DNA of 64,000 bases from Octopus vulgaris (taxonomy: Eukaryota), in NCBI GenBank assembly GCA_951406725.2, contig OX597817.1, positions 72,850,001 to 72,914,000 of the forward strand. Reading direction: 5' to 3'. Positions 25,406 through 40,439 of the stretch are shown here, in pieces. The notes under the pieces are model-generated. The model had not been told where the DNA came from. It made no database searches and saw only the letters and a list, made by a program, of their open reading frames with translations. Numbering within the stretch: position 1 is the stretch's first letter; each line of letters opens with the position of its first letter. A program made the translations under genes and the position numbers.

Positions 25406-27761
25406 TAAAAATATATCACACTCAGCCCTCCACCCAAATTAAACACATATTTCCACTCAATTTGTTGAGTTTCTTCAAATGATACTCTACCTTCTTAAAA
25501 AGAAAGGAAAGATACTGATCTGTTCAATCAGGGATAATCATCATCATCCTCATCATCATTTAACATCCTCCTTCCATGCTGGCATGGGTTGACAGGAGCT
25601 GGCCAGACAGCTTGTTTTGGCATGGTTTTTATGCCTGGATGCCCCAACCACCCCACAGAGTGGGCTGAGTGCATTTTAGGTGGCACTAGCAAAGGTGATG
25701 TCAGTTTCGGCATGGTTTTTACAGCTGGATGCCCTTCTAAATGTCAACCACTTGACAGTGTGGACTGGATGCTTTTTAAGTGGCACCAGCATTGGCAGGG
25801 TCACCAAGTAATTTTGCAAGACAAGGAACAAAACAAAAACCAAATACATACTTGTATGCATAGTATGGTCCCACGCCAGACTGATGAAGCATGGCATATT
25901 CTGTACATTGAATTTACGGGTTGCATCCCAGCATTTAATCGTCTATATCAGTGACTCATAATCTTCTTGATTCTGAGGTGCACTTAAGATCTAACATTAT
26001 TATAAAGATCTACCATAACATGCAGTTCACATAGAAAATTAAAAGGGACTATATAACAAAATTATTTTTTAAGATATTGAAAATGACATTGCTTGTCTTG
26101 TTTTATTAATCTTACCTATATGATCATTTATACTGTGCAAAGTAAGGGTATTTTATTAAATCTTACCAAAATTTTGGTTATACTGAACTTTTCTAAATCA
26201 TAAAGACAGTGTATTTATACAAGCATGGGTGTGTGGTCAAAACTTGGCTTCACAATTACATGTTTAGGAGTTACATGTAGTCACCATTACTCCCAGCTCA
26301 GTTCTGGCCTGGGTTGACCATACGTCTCAAAGAACCTCAGTTATGAGTCACGTAGCAAAAGATAGACCTATGGTTGAGACACACAGTTTGAAGGAGGGTA
26401 GGGTCCTAGACCCACCAGTATATACACATACCCTAATGTCATGTGAAACAGTCCCCTTGCCTGTGCTTAAAAGGTAAACTTCGGAGGGCAGGAGACTAAC
26501 AGAGTAAACTTGCTGAAAATAATGGGAAAACACTGCTGTATCTTTCCCAAGAAAAAAAAATCATGAACTTTAAGACTTTGGTGTGAAAGTCCACGATTGA
26601 TGACCTCTATCAAACAGGCATGTAATATGAGGAGAGGGAGTGGGGAGAGAGAGAAAAAAGAGAAAGATATCATTGTTTATATCTGTTTTACTGAGCTGGC
26701 ATGGACTGAACAATCTGACATTAAGAGGGTTAAGCTACAAGTTAACAGAAAGAAGGAGTAACTGTCTGTATCCTATTTTCTGCTTTGTGTCTTTGGCAAA
26801 AAGCACAAACACACCTTGCTAATAATGGATAACAGTAAACTGTAAATGCTTACTTGGTTATCACTAAAATCTTCCGTCTTTATGGAATATGTCAAATATA
26901 AAAGACAAATCAGCTAGTGCACATTTCTGTCCAAGCTACAGAAACCATTTTTACATCTGCCTTCTGTACTACCATAGGTTGGCTGAATTGTCACAATTTG
27001 ACTCATTCATCATTGGAACCCACATTTTTTCATATTTTGGTGTTTATACATGTCATTTGGATAATGACCAGAGATTGAAAAAAAGAAAAGTAAATTTAAG
27101 TAAAACAGAAACTCAATTTGTACTGAAGACTCCTATCAATAGGATTCCTCAACCACACAACTATGCTTGCATACACCTTGCTTTGTGACAATAGGATATC
27201 ATGTTCAGTCCCACCAGGTGGCATTTTGGGCAAAAGTCTTATACAAAAGCTCCAGGTCAACAAATGCCTTGCAAATGAATTTGCAAGCCAGAAAAGCCCT
27301 TTGTGTATGTGTGGATATAGTCTAATGACTGAAATAAGAGCATTAAAAATGTGTATGAGTGTGTGTGTGTGTGTGTGTCTCCCACCAGCATTTGACAACT
27401 GGTGTTAGTTTGTTTATGTCCTTATAACTTGGCAGTTTGGCAAACAAAACTGCTTGAATAAGTACCAAACTTAAAACAAAAAGTACTGGGATCAATATGT
27501 TTGTCTAGCCCCTTCAAGATGGTACTCCAGCATAGCCAATGACAGAAACAAGCAAAAGATAAATGATAAAGATATTATATATATATATATATTACACAAC
27601 ACACATGCACCATAAACATACATACACAAACGCCCATACATGCATACATACAAACACCCATACATGCATATATGCACACACACCTTTTGGAAAATATATA
27701 TATTTGTTTATGTATTAATTAAGCAAAATTAAAATAACAAGTAAAAAAAAGTAAAACTTAC

Positions 27762-27836
27762 CATATTAATGGAAATATTGAATAAATAGCTAGGATATGA
27801 CACATGAAAAATGTAAAAACAAACACCATGACACAT
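27762..27836 (-). CDS. Internal exon B (75 nt) of the NEF1-like gene
   Basis: ctttttaactttttcag|ATGTGTC...TTAATATG|gtaagt. The phase-2 frame is open: CVMVFVFTFFMCHILAIYSIFPLI. It joins exon C as TG+G=W. Confidence 0.85.
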
Positions 27837-28262
27837 CTGAAAAAGTTAAAAAGAAAAGAAAAAATATAAAAAAATCATCATAAGAAACATACTTTTGTTG
27901 TTCAACTAAAAAAAAAACTACAAAAGACAAACTAACAAAAGATGAAACAAAACTAATTAAATTATTCTTTTCTTTATAATTCAAACTGTGAAAAGAGATG
28001 AATTATTATTCAATTAATTTCTAATGGAGTCTGAAATTTAAGCTATGTTTTAATTTGGAAAATAAAATGTCTATGAAAAATGACAATTTATTTTGTTGCT
28101 ATGTCTGTTTTTAGTGGTAACTATAATTAAATAGATTGTAGTAGAGTCAATGGTAGCTATTTAAAACATATATAAGTGTGTGTGTTTATGAATGTATATA
28201 TGTACACTGTTATTAATATTAATTTTTGTTATATTTAGTAATAGTATTGCTATTTATTTAAA

Positions 28263-28915
28263 TAAATTGTGGTAGAGTCAAAAGTTTTGCAATATTTTGG
28301 TAACTTATTTGCTTTGTTTCTCAAGTTACAAACAAAAGCAGTCAGGCATTCAAAGTAGAGGCCATCGTGTTGCACCATCTGAAGCCACCTTTCTGCCAGT
28401 TCTTTGATATCATACTTGTCCTTAGAGTGAAGTTCTTGTCCTTTGAGGTAAAGAACTTCTTCACTGAAGCTTTCAACTCCACCTAGTTGATGAACTATTT
28501 GTAAGCACAGGGAGTGAGTCATGGATTGGAACAAGTAATAATCCGAAGGAAATATTTTTTCGCAATCGTAACATGTGCGAACATTGGTTAAGCAAGGGCC
28601 AGCTTCTAGAACCTGTCACCAAATATGAGTGTTTCGAACACAAAGTGATGCTGTATGTCTAGTGGAATTGTGTGTGTGTGTGTGTGTGGGGGGGAATAAT
28701 TCACTACAAGTTTGTTCTGGACAGTCAAGCCATCAATGCCAACCTGCACTCCAAACAGCTGGAGTGGATGTATGCCATTCTGTGGTGAAAATATCCAACA
28801 TTGGTTAAGAGAAAGAGACCTTTTTCTGCAGTGAGACAATGCAAGACCTCATATAGCTCAAATGACCTGGAATAAACTCCAGGAGCCAGCATATGGTCCA
28901 GAGTTAGCTCCCACA
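28263..28915. mobile_element. Rearranged mariner remnant
   Basis: Minus strand about 28550-28340 encodes PSDYYLFQSM...LAERWLQMVQHDGLYFE. Plus strand about 28640-28915 encodes VMLYV*WN...GIIHY...DNARPHIA. Confidence 0.85.
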
Positions 28916-28973
28916 ATATTTAAAACATACATAAATGCATGTGTGCATGTATGTATATAGACTATCATTAATA

Positions 28974-30349
28974 CAGAAATCCCTCACCATATTGCACTCA
29001 GTAATTCACCGATTTTTCTGGCTAATATATGTAAATTTATATTATGGACTCCTCAGTATATCGCAGGTTTCTGCAGCTGATAGGTATTTATATTTTTTGA
29101 GATTTTAATTATTTCTGGGGTAAAATAAGCATTTTCATACTTAAAAATTAATCTATTACATATGTGGAAATCTATTGTCAGTGGCGTTGTTATCTAACTC
29201 TTTCTACATCGTTTTATTGATTTTGATGAAACTTGACACATGAGTAGAAGTCATGTCTGGAAAACTAGTGACATACTGAGAATGTTGAAAAAAATTGATA
29301 ATAGGGCCCCTGGAGGGGATTCTTATATCTACTACATATAACTAATATATTATTCTTAAACATCCAATGGAAATAACCCATTCACTCCTGAAAGGGATCC
29401 TTATATATAGCCAAGGGAAATAACCCAGTCATGTTCATAAATTATTTTGTATAAATCAAATTGAGTATGTTTATTTCTTAGTATTTGAACTATTTGAGTT
29501 ATTTTTGCAATTTATCCAGTACAATGCTTAAACAAGTAAATAGTATTTTCCTAAACAATAGATCCACTTATTTTGGTTAGTGACTTATTCACAAATATAC
29601 CAAAACTGGTGCCGCTGAGGTTAATATTCTCTGCGAATGCACAAAAGCTCTTTTCAGAGTTATTTATTTTGAATTGTCATTATCTCATATCTGATTAGCC
29701 TGTTATTGCATAACATGCTTTATGATTTTAGTATACATACCTTATTAGTATTTCCTCATAAGTTCTATATACTCTGGGAATGTATTAAAGCCCTTTTCGG
29801 GGATACTTTATTTGAATTCTTACTATCGGGTAATTCATTTCATGTTATTACATAACTGACTTCACAATTTGGGTATTCATAACTTATTGGGAATTCTTAA
29901 AAACAACATCCTGTATAAGACAGTTCGGTATTCTCAATAAAGGCACAGAAACTCTTTTAAGGGCTACATACTTTGTATTGTTGTTAGCAAAACAATTATG
30001 AGAATGGAACCAAGGGATAAGCCCCGCTGTCCTGGGAATTACCGAGTACGTCAGCTAGTAAATTAGTAAATAAAAACAGAGTACAGTACTGCACTGTATA
30101 ACACATTAATTAAAATATATTAAAAGAAAATAATGTACCATGGATGAGAAAACAAAGAATTTCACATACTGTATGGGAAACAAAACTCTGGAGGTGAGTG
30201 CATGGTATTGCTTCGCATTTATAATAAAATAAATATATACAAATATAAAAATGATGGAAAGTATATACAGTACTGTTTCTATTTCACAGATTTTCACCTA
30301 CCGTGGGAGGTTTTGGAATGTAACACCCACGATAGTAGAGGGATTACTG
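28974..30349. mobile_element. pogo/Tigger-like MITE (TA TSD) interrupted by a Helitron
   Basis: TA|cagaaatccctc ... gagggattactg|TA. Confidence 0.75.
29152..30058 (+). mobile_element. Non-autonomous Helitron
   Basis: A|TCTATTACATATGTGGAAA...cctgggaattaccgagtacgtcagCTAG|T. It is absent from the homologous MITE copy at about 4785. Confidence 0.85.
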
Positions 30350-33300
30350 TATTAACTTTTGTTATATTTTGTAATAATAGTATTGTTATTTATACATACT
30401 TTAATCATACATCTATGACTCGGTCACTGACACTGAGTGTATAAATACATGCAGGTGTGTGTGTGCACAAAGACACATACAAATAAACAAAGGAATGAAT
30501 GAAGGAGATATAGATTCCTCAACTTGCATCCAAAGTGATCCATCTTAGAGAACAGTAACAAGTCGTCTTTTTAGTGCCGGTGGTGCACAATAAAACACAT
30601 CCAGTACATGCCATAAAGTGGCTGGTTGGGGAGAGGAAAAGTATCCAGTTGGAAAAACCATGCACACATACATAAACACAAAGAAAAGAATTGATCAATT
30701 TCTTCAGTTACGTGCTGACACCTGTCCAGCCAATGCTGGTTTGGAAAAATAGATGTAAAATGATGATACTGATGACACACACAAAAATTATAAATGTACA
30801 AAAACATTTAAGCTAACTTTATAAAAAATACCAAAATCAGATCTGATTAGTTCTTTTTCTTTTTTGCTTTCCTTTTTGTTTTTAAAGTTAGTATTTTGAT
30901 ATTTTTCAATACCTTATCATTATATCTTTTTTTTTAAAAATGTACAGAGTAGTTTGAAAGACATTTTGCTGCTTTTTCTGGCAGGTCAGGTGACTGCATA
31001 GAGACTTGCCTGTAGTAATACTTGTGAGTCACCCCAGTGGCAAATAAACATATTATCAGTGGCTGTGATAGATAGCAGAAGTGGTAATAATGTTAGTTTT
31101 ATAATCAATGTTGTATATTGCATTCGTTCATATCTTTTTGACTTGTTTCAGTCAGTGGACTGGGGGTCAGTCTAGGGCACCACCTTGAATGGTTTTTGTT
31201 TTTAGTCTAACAAATCAATATCACTATTTAGTTTTTTAAAGTTTGGTACTTATTCTATTGTCTCTTTTGCTGAACTGCTAAGCTTCAGAGACATAAACAA
31301 ATCAACACTGGTATGGAGTATAAATATAGACATGAAGACACACATACATACACACATATACAACAGGCTTCTACAGTTTCCTCCAACCAAATTCATTCAC
31401 AAGGCATTGGTTAGCCTGAGGCTATAGCAGAAAACATTTCCTCAAGGTATGATGCAATGGGATAAAACCTGAAAGCACATAGTCGTATAATGAGTTTCTA
31501 AATCATACAACTATGCCAATTAAAAATCTTTTTTTTATCTTTGCATCAAGAGAGAAGGCAGTGCCTATGATTCATTATAGGGATTCCAAAACTAGTAAGA
31601 GGAAGGAATCCTAGAACTGTAAATTTGGCTTGAATGCATGAAACAAGGTAAGCTTTGCTAAATGCACCCAAGGTGCCAGGGAATGGTGTTAAACCTAGCG
31701 AAAAGCCAAGTCGTCCACCTAAGTAGCTCATGGCAGGATTTGAATCCAGCATGCAAAGAATCTTTGCTTCTGGCCTGGTATTCTAATAACTCTGCCAATT
31801 TTCCACTCCTACGGCAAATAAATATGATGATGGCACACAAGAGTTGTGCTGGTGGTAGTGTTTGTAGTAATCACTGCCACTGTTGTCTGCCAACATGATA
31901 TCCAAAAATCTCAGTAATAAACTTCCAACTTTTGGATAGTGGACTTTAACCATCTCCCGATTTAACACTGCTCTCTGATCTATTGGTGCATTTACAAAGG
32001 AGTACACTTTATTGCACACATTCAAGCCATAGCTTCTGTTCAAAGATAACTTCCCCTCATCAAGAGGCCCCCAAACAATAAAAAGGATCACAGGTGCAGT
32101 GCTGCTCTTCTCACACTGAGCTATTGCTGTCATTTATTCTCCAGATGAACCCCTGTAAGAGGATCTATAAACAAAAATGCTTCAGCTGTGACCATACTAT
32201 TTTTATCCAAACATAACAAACTCCAAGACCACATCATCCAAGCTGTTCTTTATCTTTTTTAAGACAAGAAACAATTATTTTATAGAGATTTGGTTGTTAT
32301 TTCTAACAAATTGTGAGGCTTCCTTATTTTGCTTGTGTATCAAGTGGCTCAAAATAGTAACAAAATCAAAATGAAAAGGCCATATTTTTTTAGTGAAGTT
32401 TTCAGAAATAGTCTTGTATTCTTTGTTTATTATACATTCTGTTGTATGTATTGTATTTATCTATAAAGAAAAAAAAAAAAAAAAAGTGGTTGTAGAAGGT
32501 TTCAGTTCAAATGTACATTCTTTGGTACTTTAAAAAAAACATACACAGTATACCTAAAGGAAGCACTCAATAACTCTCTAACTGGGTTAAACTATTATTG
32601 TAGATGAGGGCATGAAGTTCAGATCAAGTGTGTTCAGTGAAAGGGGAATATGGAAAGAGAAATATATTCACACACGCACACACACACTCACACACACATA
32701 GATACCTATATAAACACAATGTAATTGTTTGTACTATCTAAAAACTGGTATATAATTTATGTTATTCTCTCTTTATGTTGCAGCAACCAGGACCTCTGAG
32801 AAGAATTTGGCACAATGGAATAAAGCCACTTTTGAGCCTTAGAGTGGGTGGGTGTGATAGTCTCTTAAAATTCAAAGGAGCTGTGATTTTTTTTTTTAAA
32901 TTTCAGAGAAAAGCCAGAGTTTTCTTTAACTCAAATGTACTCAACCAAGTTCTACTCAAATTTGCTTAGGCCAACACAAATCTTGTCCCTATGTGTCATG
33001 TAATGGGAAAGAACCTAATCACTTGTTATTAAGAAAAATACAATGTAAAAATGGGTGTGCACTAAGGGTTAATTATTTCTTCAATTATCACATTAATCTA
33101 ATGTTGCTAACCAATCTTTCTTCTGCCTATTCAGCTATCTCCCCATAACAGCCATATAAAACATAATAAACCAGTGACTGCTAGCAAGATGCACATACAT
33201 GGGGGGGAAATGGCTAACTTTAAACACCATTTCTTTTGCTTTGTTTTTATGTGTTTTTAGAATTAGACACAGATAAAGAAATATGGTACAAACATAAACA

Positions 33301-35696
33301 AAAATTAGAAATTTAATTAAGCTTATCACCAATGTAATGAAAAGTGTGTTGTATTTAGTGGTTAGATATAAGTAGAAGAGGCAATGAGAATGATCGGGTA
33401 GTCTTTTCGTAATTTCTTTATTTTCAACTGAAGTAGCAGCTCCTACTGTCATGGTTGCTACTTTAGTGCATATTTTTCTGTGCTTGCATATCTCAGATGA
33501 TATTTGTTAAGGCAGACTTTCTACAGCTGAGTGCTCTTCCTATTGTCAACACTCACCTGTTGCCAAGCAAGGCAATGTTTTCCCTGAGTCCAGGCATGTT
33601 TTCATGGAAACTTGCAGACAAAGGTCATCACTTGTATATCATTATTTGTTCACAGGTAGCATGCAATGTCACACATTCACACACATATGCATGATGGACC
33701 TTTCTTTTTTAAATATATCTTAACAAATTCTAAAGTTTCAGATCAAGCCAAGGTTTTAAAAAAAGATACTTCTTTAAGGTGATGTAGAATAGAACCTGGA
33801 AGCATGTGATTGCAAAGCAAACTTCTTAAATATACAGCTATGTCTGCAACCAAACATAGGATAGACACAATGCCTCAAGTTAGTGTGGATGTCTGCATAG
33901 GAGAGGAATCATAACTGATTATATTGACTGTAGTACTTGAGTGGTATTTATTTTATTGATGAGAAAAACTAAAGTCAATCCTGACACGATGTGATCACAT
34001 AGTGTAAAATGCTATAACTAAACAGCACAAATCATTTTGTTGGCTCAAACTCTATTGATTCTATAAATCCTTTATCTGACAATAACAATAGTAACAATGA
34101 TATCTGACACTGACATTAGGCCACAAGTTGTGATAAGTTTAGTCATTTGGATCAACTTACAATGTATCATTAACATTTATCACTTAATGTTGCCCCAAGG
34201 AGATGAAAGATATTTTGACACTGATAATATCTGAACTCTGACCATAAATAAACATAATGAAATACTGCAGGAATTAGGGGTAGCAGTTGATCAATTAAAT
34301 TGACTGGTATTTTATTTAGCTGATTCCAGAAGGATAAAAGGCCAGGCCATCATTATTATTTTAACATCTACTTTTCCGTACTTGCATGGGTCAGGCAAGA
34401 CTATACAAGAGCAGAGTTTTTTATGGCTGGATACCCTTCCTGATGCCAATCCCCACTTGTTTCCAAGTAAGGTAATAATCCTCCAGTCTAGTGAGCAAAG
34501 AACAGCCCCGGCCTAGTAACACAGAGAGCCAGGAACAAACAACATTGTCTGCATGAACACTGAGGTATTTGTTTCCAATTAGTGAACACACATCGACAAG
34601 GGGAAATATGAATTCACAGGCACAGATAACAAATTTCTTCAGTTTCTGTTTACCAATTTCATTGACAAAGTATTGATAGACCCACAACTGCAGCACAAAA
34701 CACCAGTTAATAGTGTCCACAGAGTGGGACCAAACGTAACCACATGGTTCTAAAGCAAATTTCTTAACCACAATGCCAGCATCTACATGAAATTTTTAAC
34801 CATACAGCCATAGAAGAAATACTACAAGACATTTTGTCTAATGGCCTAATGATTCAAGTTAGAAGAACAAGTGCCCATGGTTCATTACAGGGCCTCTTAA
34901 GTTTGGTAGAAGGCAGAGAGGAAGGTATCTTGATACCAGAGACCTAACCTGATCACACACAACCTTCCATAAAGTTATCCAAGATACTGGGTTGTGGTGT
35001 TAAAACTGGGAGACAGATAATGTAATTTGTGTATTCCAATTAAAAACAAACCCAGTATATTTAATTGAAATACAATGTAGATATAAATACAAGCAAGTCC
35101 CTAAATCCATTCATTCAATTTTTGTTTCCACTAGTTCATTTTGCATACTATAAAAGGAAACAGTTATTTTGTGTATGTGTACAGACAGCTTTTGAGATTT
35201 GTCAAAGTGCTGTGTAATGGAAATTAATCTGGAGCCATGTGACTGCAAAGCAAATTCAGGCATTTACACATTTAATCACAAATATAATTCTCCAACTGGT
35301 TAGGTGCTGATTCATCTCAGGAAACATTTTCTCATGATCTGACTGTTGACAGCTAACCAAAATGAAATCATGTAGAATAAAGAATAGAGTGTAGTGCTTA
35401 AATACAGATCAGAACACCTGCAGTGGATATGATCTCAAAACCTCTAAACTGGATGCATGGTCAGTCTAAGTATTCCTGGCCGGTGGGGTGGGGAGACTGA
35501 AATATGTAGAATAAAGAGACCTATCATGAAAAGAAAACAATGCAATGCCTGCAATGAATTTCAACTCACAACACTAGAGCTGGTTATCCAAAAGCATTTT
35601 TCCACACTGCTATTTTATCCTGATCAACAATAATGAAGAAAGACAGAAAGGAAGAATCAAAGAGAGAAGTCAGAGGGGCATGGCATGGCATTGACA

Positions 35697-35792
35697 AACA
35701 GACAGATAGATAGATAGATAGATAGATTGACAGATAGACGGATTGATAGATAGATTGAAAGACAGACAGACAGATAGATAGATAGATATAGA
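35697..35792. repeat. (GATA)/(GACA)n microsatellite
   Basis: Direct reading. Confidence 0.9.
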
Positions 35793-38700
35793 TATCTTTA
35801 GAGATTATACTTCTGGCAAAATATTTGAATACTTTGAGTGAAAAGAACAATCTTCTATCAAAGAAAGAGCCATCATTGAAATATTTACAAAAATCGGAAA
35901 TAGCAGACCATATTTCTTGCTATTTCAAACTGACGACCCTAAATGAGACATTTCATATAGAGAATTTGTCAGCACTTTTAACAAATCTCTCTATAAAACA
36001 ATCTATCTTTCAGATCAGTAGAAGCTTGTGTCAATCAATTCTCTCTTTGCACAATGGAACACATGCACACCCACACACATAAAGTGAGAAACTGCTGTTT
36101 GGCAAATAAAAGAAATCATTATTATCAATAGTAGTTGTATGTTTTCTTTTTTAATTTTTTCAAGAGGCCAAATGATAAATCACATTTAAATGCTTCCTCA
36201 TGTTTCCCCACCACAAAGAAGAGATTCACAATACTAGCATTACTTATTAAGTTAAATGTTTTTAGCATTTATGACAAATCTCGCTGCTTCTTGAATATCT
36301 GTCAAAAAATGTTCAGAGAGAAATAAGAAAGAACTCTATTATAGATGGATAATTTTTATGTTTAGCTTTGCTAACTTGTTTTTATTGTTTTTCTAATTTT
36401 GTTTATTGTTTGTTTTTTGCAATAATGGAAATTTAATATTAACCCTTAATAAAATGGGTGTAATATGAACAATTTAGTGTTTTCACTCAGATATGGAAAA
36501 GAGCTAGAATATTTTACTGATTTTTTATTTTTATTTTACTGTTTTATTATAAATGCATTTATTTATAAATATATTGTGGATGGTTTAACACCCACACCAG
36601 TATTCTGTTCTACATTAATGTGAATTGGCAGAATTGCTTAGGCACCGTATTGGCAGAAATGATAAATTGCTGGACAAAATGCAGTGTAGCATTCAGAAGC
36701 TTACTTTGCAACCATGTGCTTTCAGGTTCAATCCTACTACTATGCAGTACATTGGGCAAATGTCTTCAACCAAAAATTCAAGGTGGTCAATGTCTTGCAA
36801 GTGAAATTTGGTGGACAGATGAAAATTACTGAAGCTGGTAACAGCAGAGGAGACTAACCTGAGGATGTTGGACTTCACAAAGGAGACAATGAAGGACTGA
36901 AATAAGTGAAGAGACATATTGAAATGGAACCATTCAAACCATGCCAGCCATGGAAATGCAGATGCAAAACTGATTATAATGATGATGATGTGTATATTTG
37001 TTGATGTACATCAGAGAGAAAACAACAATAAACCAGCGTATTTCTACAAAAATAGTATGTGAGGTTTTATTGCACTCAAGTTACATAGGCACTGCCGCCC
37101 TCACTGGAAATACAATTGGAAATATGAAACCAATTATGTTATTGTTCACAAATTGTGATATAAAATAATCATCATCATCACTATCATTTCAATGCCTATT
37201 TTTCCATGCTTGCAGAGGTCAGAAGGAATATTTTTGAGACAGATTTTCTACGATAGGATGCCCTTCCTGTCACCAACCTTCACTTGTTTCCAAGCAAGAT
37301 AATATTCCCCCATGGCCAAACATGCTCTTGCTGAATATTAGAAATGAATGACACTGCTTGTATGACAGTGACACTAATTTTATAAACATCAGATGATGAC
37401 AAGACAAGGAGTCACAAACACTCACACACATATACACACACATACACATATATATTCACACACAAACACACATACATTTATATATTGGTTATTATTGATG
37501 GAAGTATTTTTTGTAATGAATAGCAATCTTTACATCCAACTTAAACTTGTATATACTTTAAGAATGACATAAAATGTGGCACTTGTCCTGAGAAAGCAAC
37601 TCATACAGATGCATAGTGCTAAAAAATACAATATCAGCAATGGATAAAAAATGTCTGGCAATGAAACTGATAGATCAAGTAATTTTAGTACTAATACAAC
37701 TTCAGTTGTTAATAACTCATTTTTACCCAGCCTGCAAGCTTGCAACATCAGTAACTGATAGGTCACTGTTTTTTCTATATATCAGTATGAACAAAATTTG
37801 GATAATAGATACTGCTGCTGAAGTGCAAACATGCTGAAATCATATGATCAAGTAGTTCCACTGCTGGTGCTGGACCTTTTCCTTATAGTATATCCAAGTT
37901 AAGCTGGATGTAAAGATTCCACCACACACAGCAGGCTTCTTTCAGCTACTGTCCACAAATCTATTCACAAGACTTTGGTTGGCCAGGAGCTGTAGTAGAA
38001 GACTTAAAGCACCACACAGTGAGACTGAACTGGGAATTTACCGAGCATCTTAAGATGTTCTCTATCACATCAGATGGAGGGTTTAGAGCTACCCTTCTAC
38101 CATTCCTTTTTACAATTTTCCTTGCCATTTTAAAATCTCTTTCATCTATGCATATATTTCTTGCTGCAGAATATTTCCATAGTTCTTGTGCAGAAGCGAA
38201 AGAAGTGGAGGCAATATTCATTTTTTTATGATTCATTTCTTTCGTATTGTTGTTGCTGTTGTTATTGTTGTCACTGCTGCTGTTGTTGTTATAGCTTTTG
38301 TTGTCAACATCGAAAGTTTTGATGTTACTTAGAAACAAAACATTATTTGCCTCGTTGATGTCATTAAGTTTAGGCCATTTGATATTCTTGTTCTCACTTT
38401 CTTTTTGCAATGAGAACGTGGTCAATGCCAGCCCCCTCGTCCTGACTGGCTCCTGTGCTGGTGGCACGTAAAAAGCCATTCGAACATGGGTGATGTCAGC
38501 ACTGCCTGACTGGCTCCTGTGCCAGTGGCACATAAAAAGCACCATCCAAACGTGGTTGATGCCAGCCCCCTCGCCCCGACTGGCTCCTGTGCCAGTGGTA
38601 TGCAAAATGCACCCACTACACTCTCGGAGTGGTTGGTGTTAGGAAGGGCATCCAGCTGTAGAACATTGCTAGATCAAATTGGAGCCTGGTGCAGTCTCCT

Positions 38701-40439
38701 GGATTGCCAGACCCCAGTCAAACTGTCCAACCCATGCCAGCAAGGAAAACAGATGTTAAACAATGATGATGATGAGCACGTTCCTTCATTTCACCCAGGA
38801 TGCTAAGAATTCTCCTAGCTCGCTGCCTTAATGATAATAACAATAATAACCTATTCTAGTATAGGCAGAAGGCCTGAAATTTTGGGGAAGGGGTCTAGTC
38901 AATTACATCGACCTCGGTATTTCATTGATTCTTAATTTATCGACCCCAAAAGGATGAAAGGCAAAGTCAACCTCGGCAGAATTTGAACTCAGAATGTAAC
39001 AGCAGACGAAATACCGCTAAGCATTTCACTTGGCATGCTAATGATTCTACTGGCTCACCACCTTAATAATAATAATAATAATAATGATAATAATAATGAT
39101 AATAACAATAATAATAATAACAACAACAGAAGTAACAGAACTGTTGGAATATTGGATGAAATAGTTGAATGTTAAGTCTTCGGATTTGCATATGCAGTAT
39201 TCAAAGCTACAACATCTCTTAATCCCCCATCCACCCAGGTTGAACTTTAATGGCAGATGCATTTTGTGAGGTAAAAGTAGAACTTTCCACTCAAAATAAG
39301 AAGACATTACTAACAAGAGCTGTCATTCGTCTTAACCAAATGCATATCAGTATTTTAATAAATCTTAATATATTTTTATGGCACCACTACCAGCAGCCTT
39401 GACTATCACAGAAACCAAACATTTAGTAGATGCTACATTTACGACACCAATTCTTTAAAGTACTAAAATGGTTTACTTAGTGAAGTAGGCATTTAAGAAT
39501 GCCATTAGTATGTTTTAATATTGCATAAAGCTCATGGCCATCAGAACCACCCGTAAAAATAAAAGCAAAAGCTACTCTGGCTTTTCGTTTAAATCTTCTG
39601 CCTTTCAAGTATTAAAATGATTGATTGACCATTCCAATATCACCAAGAGTAATCAGATGAGTGCCATATGTGCCATATGTATTTCTCTCTCTCTCCAAGT
39701 AACCCACAGTAAGCCAACAAAATCATATATGTAATCATTGCATTATCATCATTCAACTGCCAACAACAAAAGCACTATGACAGTGTGTGCATGGGTATAT
39801 TGTTAATAAGTTTATGCACATAAATAAACATATGTTTAGTGCCCCTATTTAGACAGATACCTCTTCCTCACTTCTTTTTTTCTCTTTACAGAATAGATTG
39901 GAGAACAGCTTGGTTAGGTTTGTGGTATTTGCCAGCTCATCAACACTGCTTACTGTGAGAGATAAAGCAATCTGCAGCCACTGATGAAAACTGCTGTCAG
40001 TAACATTAACTAATTTTACTAATTTGCCTATCAGTACATTTACTGATAGAATTTTAATTAACTGAAGTAGTATTAATATCATCATCATCATCGTTATCAC
40101 TGTTTAATGTCTGCTTTTCCATGCTTGCATGAGTCAGACAAAATTTGATGAGGCAGATTTTCTACAGCCAGATACCCTACCTGCCACCAATCTTCACTTG
40201 TTTCCAAGCAAAGTAATATTTCACCATGGAAGACAAGAAATGAACACTGTCACTTATATGATTTTAATGCTCATTTACAATCACCACATGACATCAACAC
40301 AAGCAATCTAATTGTACTCCCACCAGCCTTCATAAAGACTTCCATTATTTGCGTAGTTATATCCGCTTTTCTGTAAAAGCATCCAGTTATCTCATACCTT
40401 GGTAAAGACCTGAATGCATATCTAGTGTAAATATCATTT

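Noticed and set aside
25880-25930. Other isolated CTGATGA hits (25882, 39982, 41281, 54450, 57214)
   Set aside because: None has a compatible stem II, GAAA and stem I arrangement.
31880-32080. Possible I/Jockey-type LINE fragment (FNTAL*SIGAF)
   Set aside because: A single short motif is insufficient.
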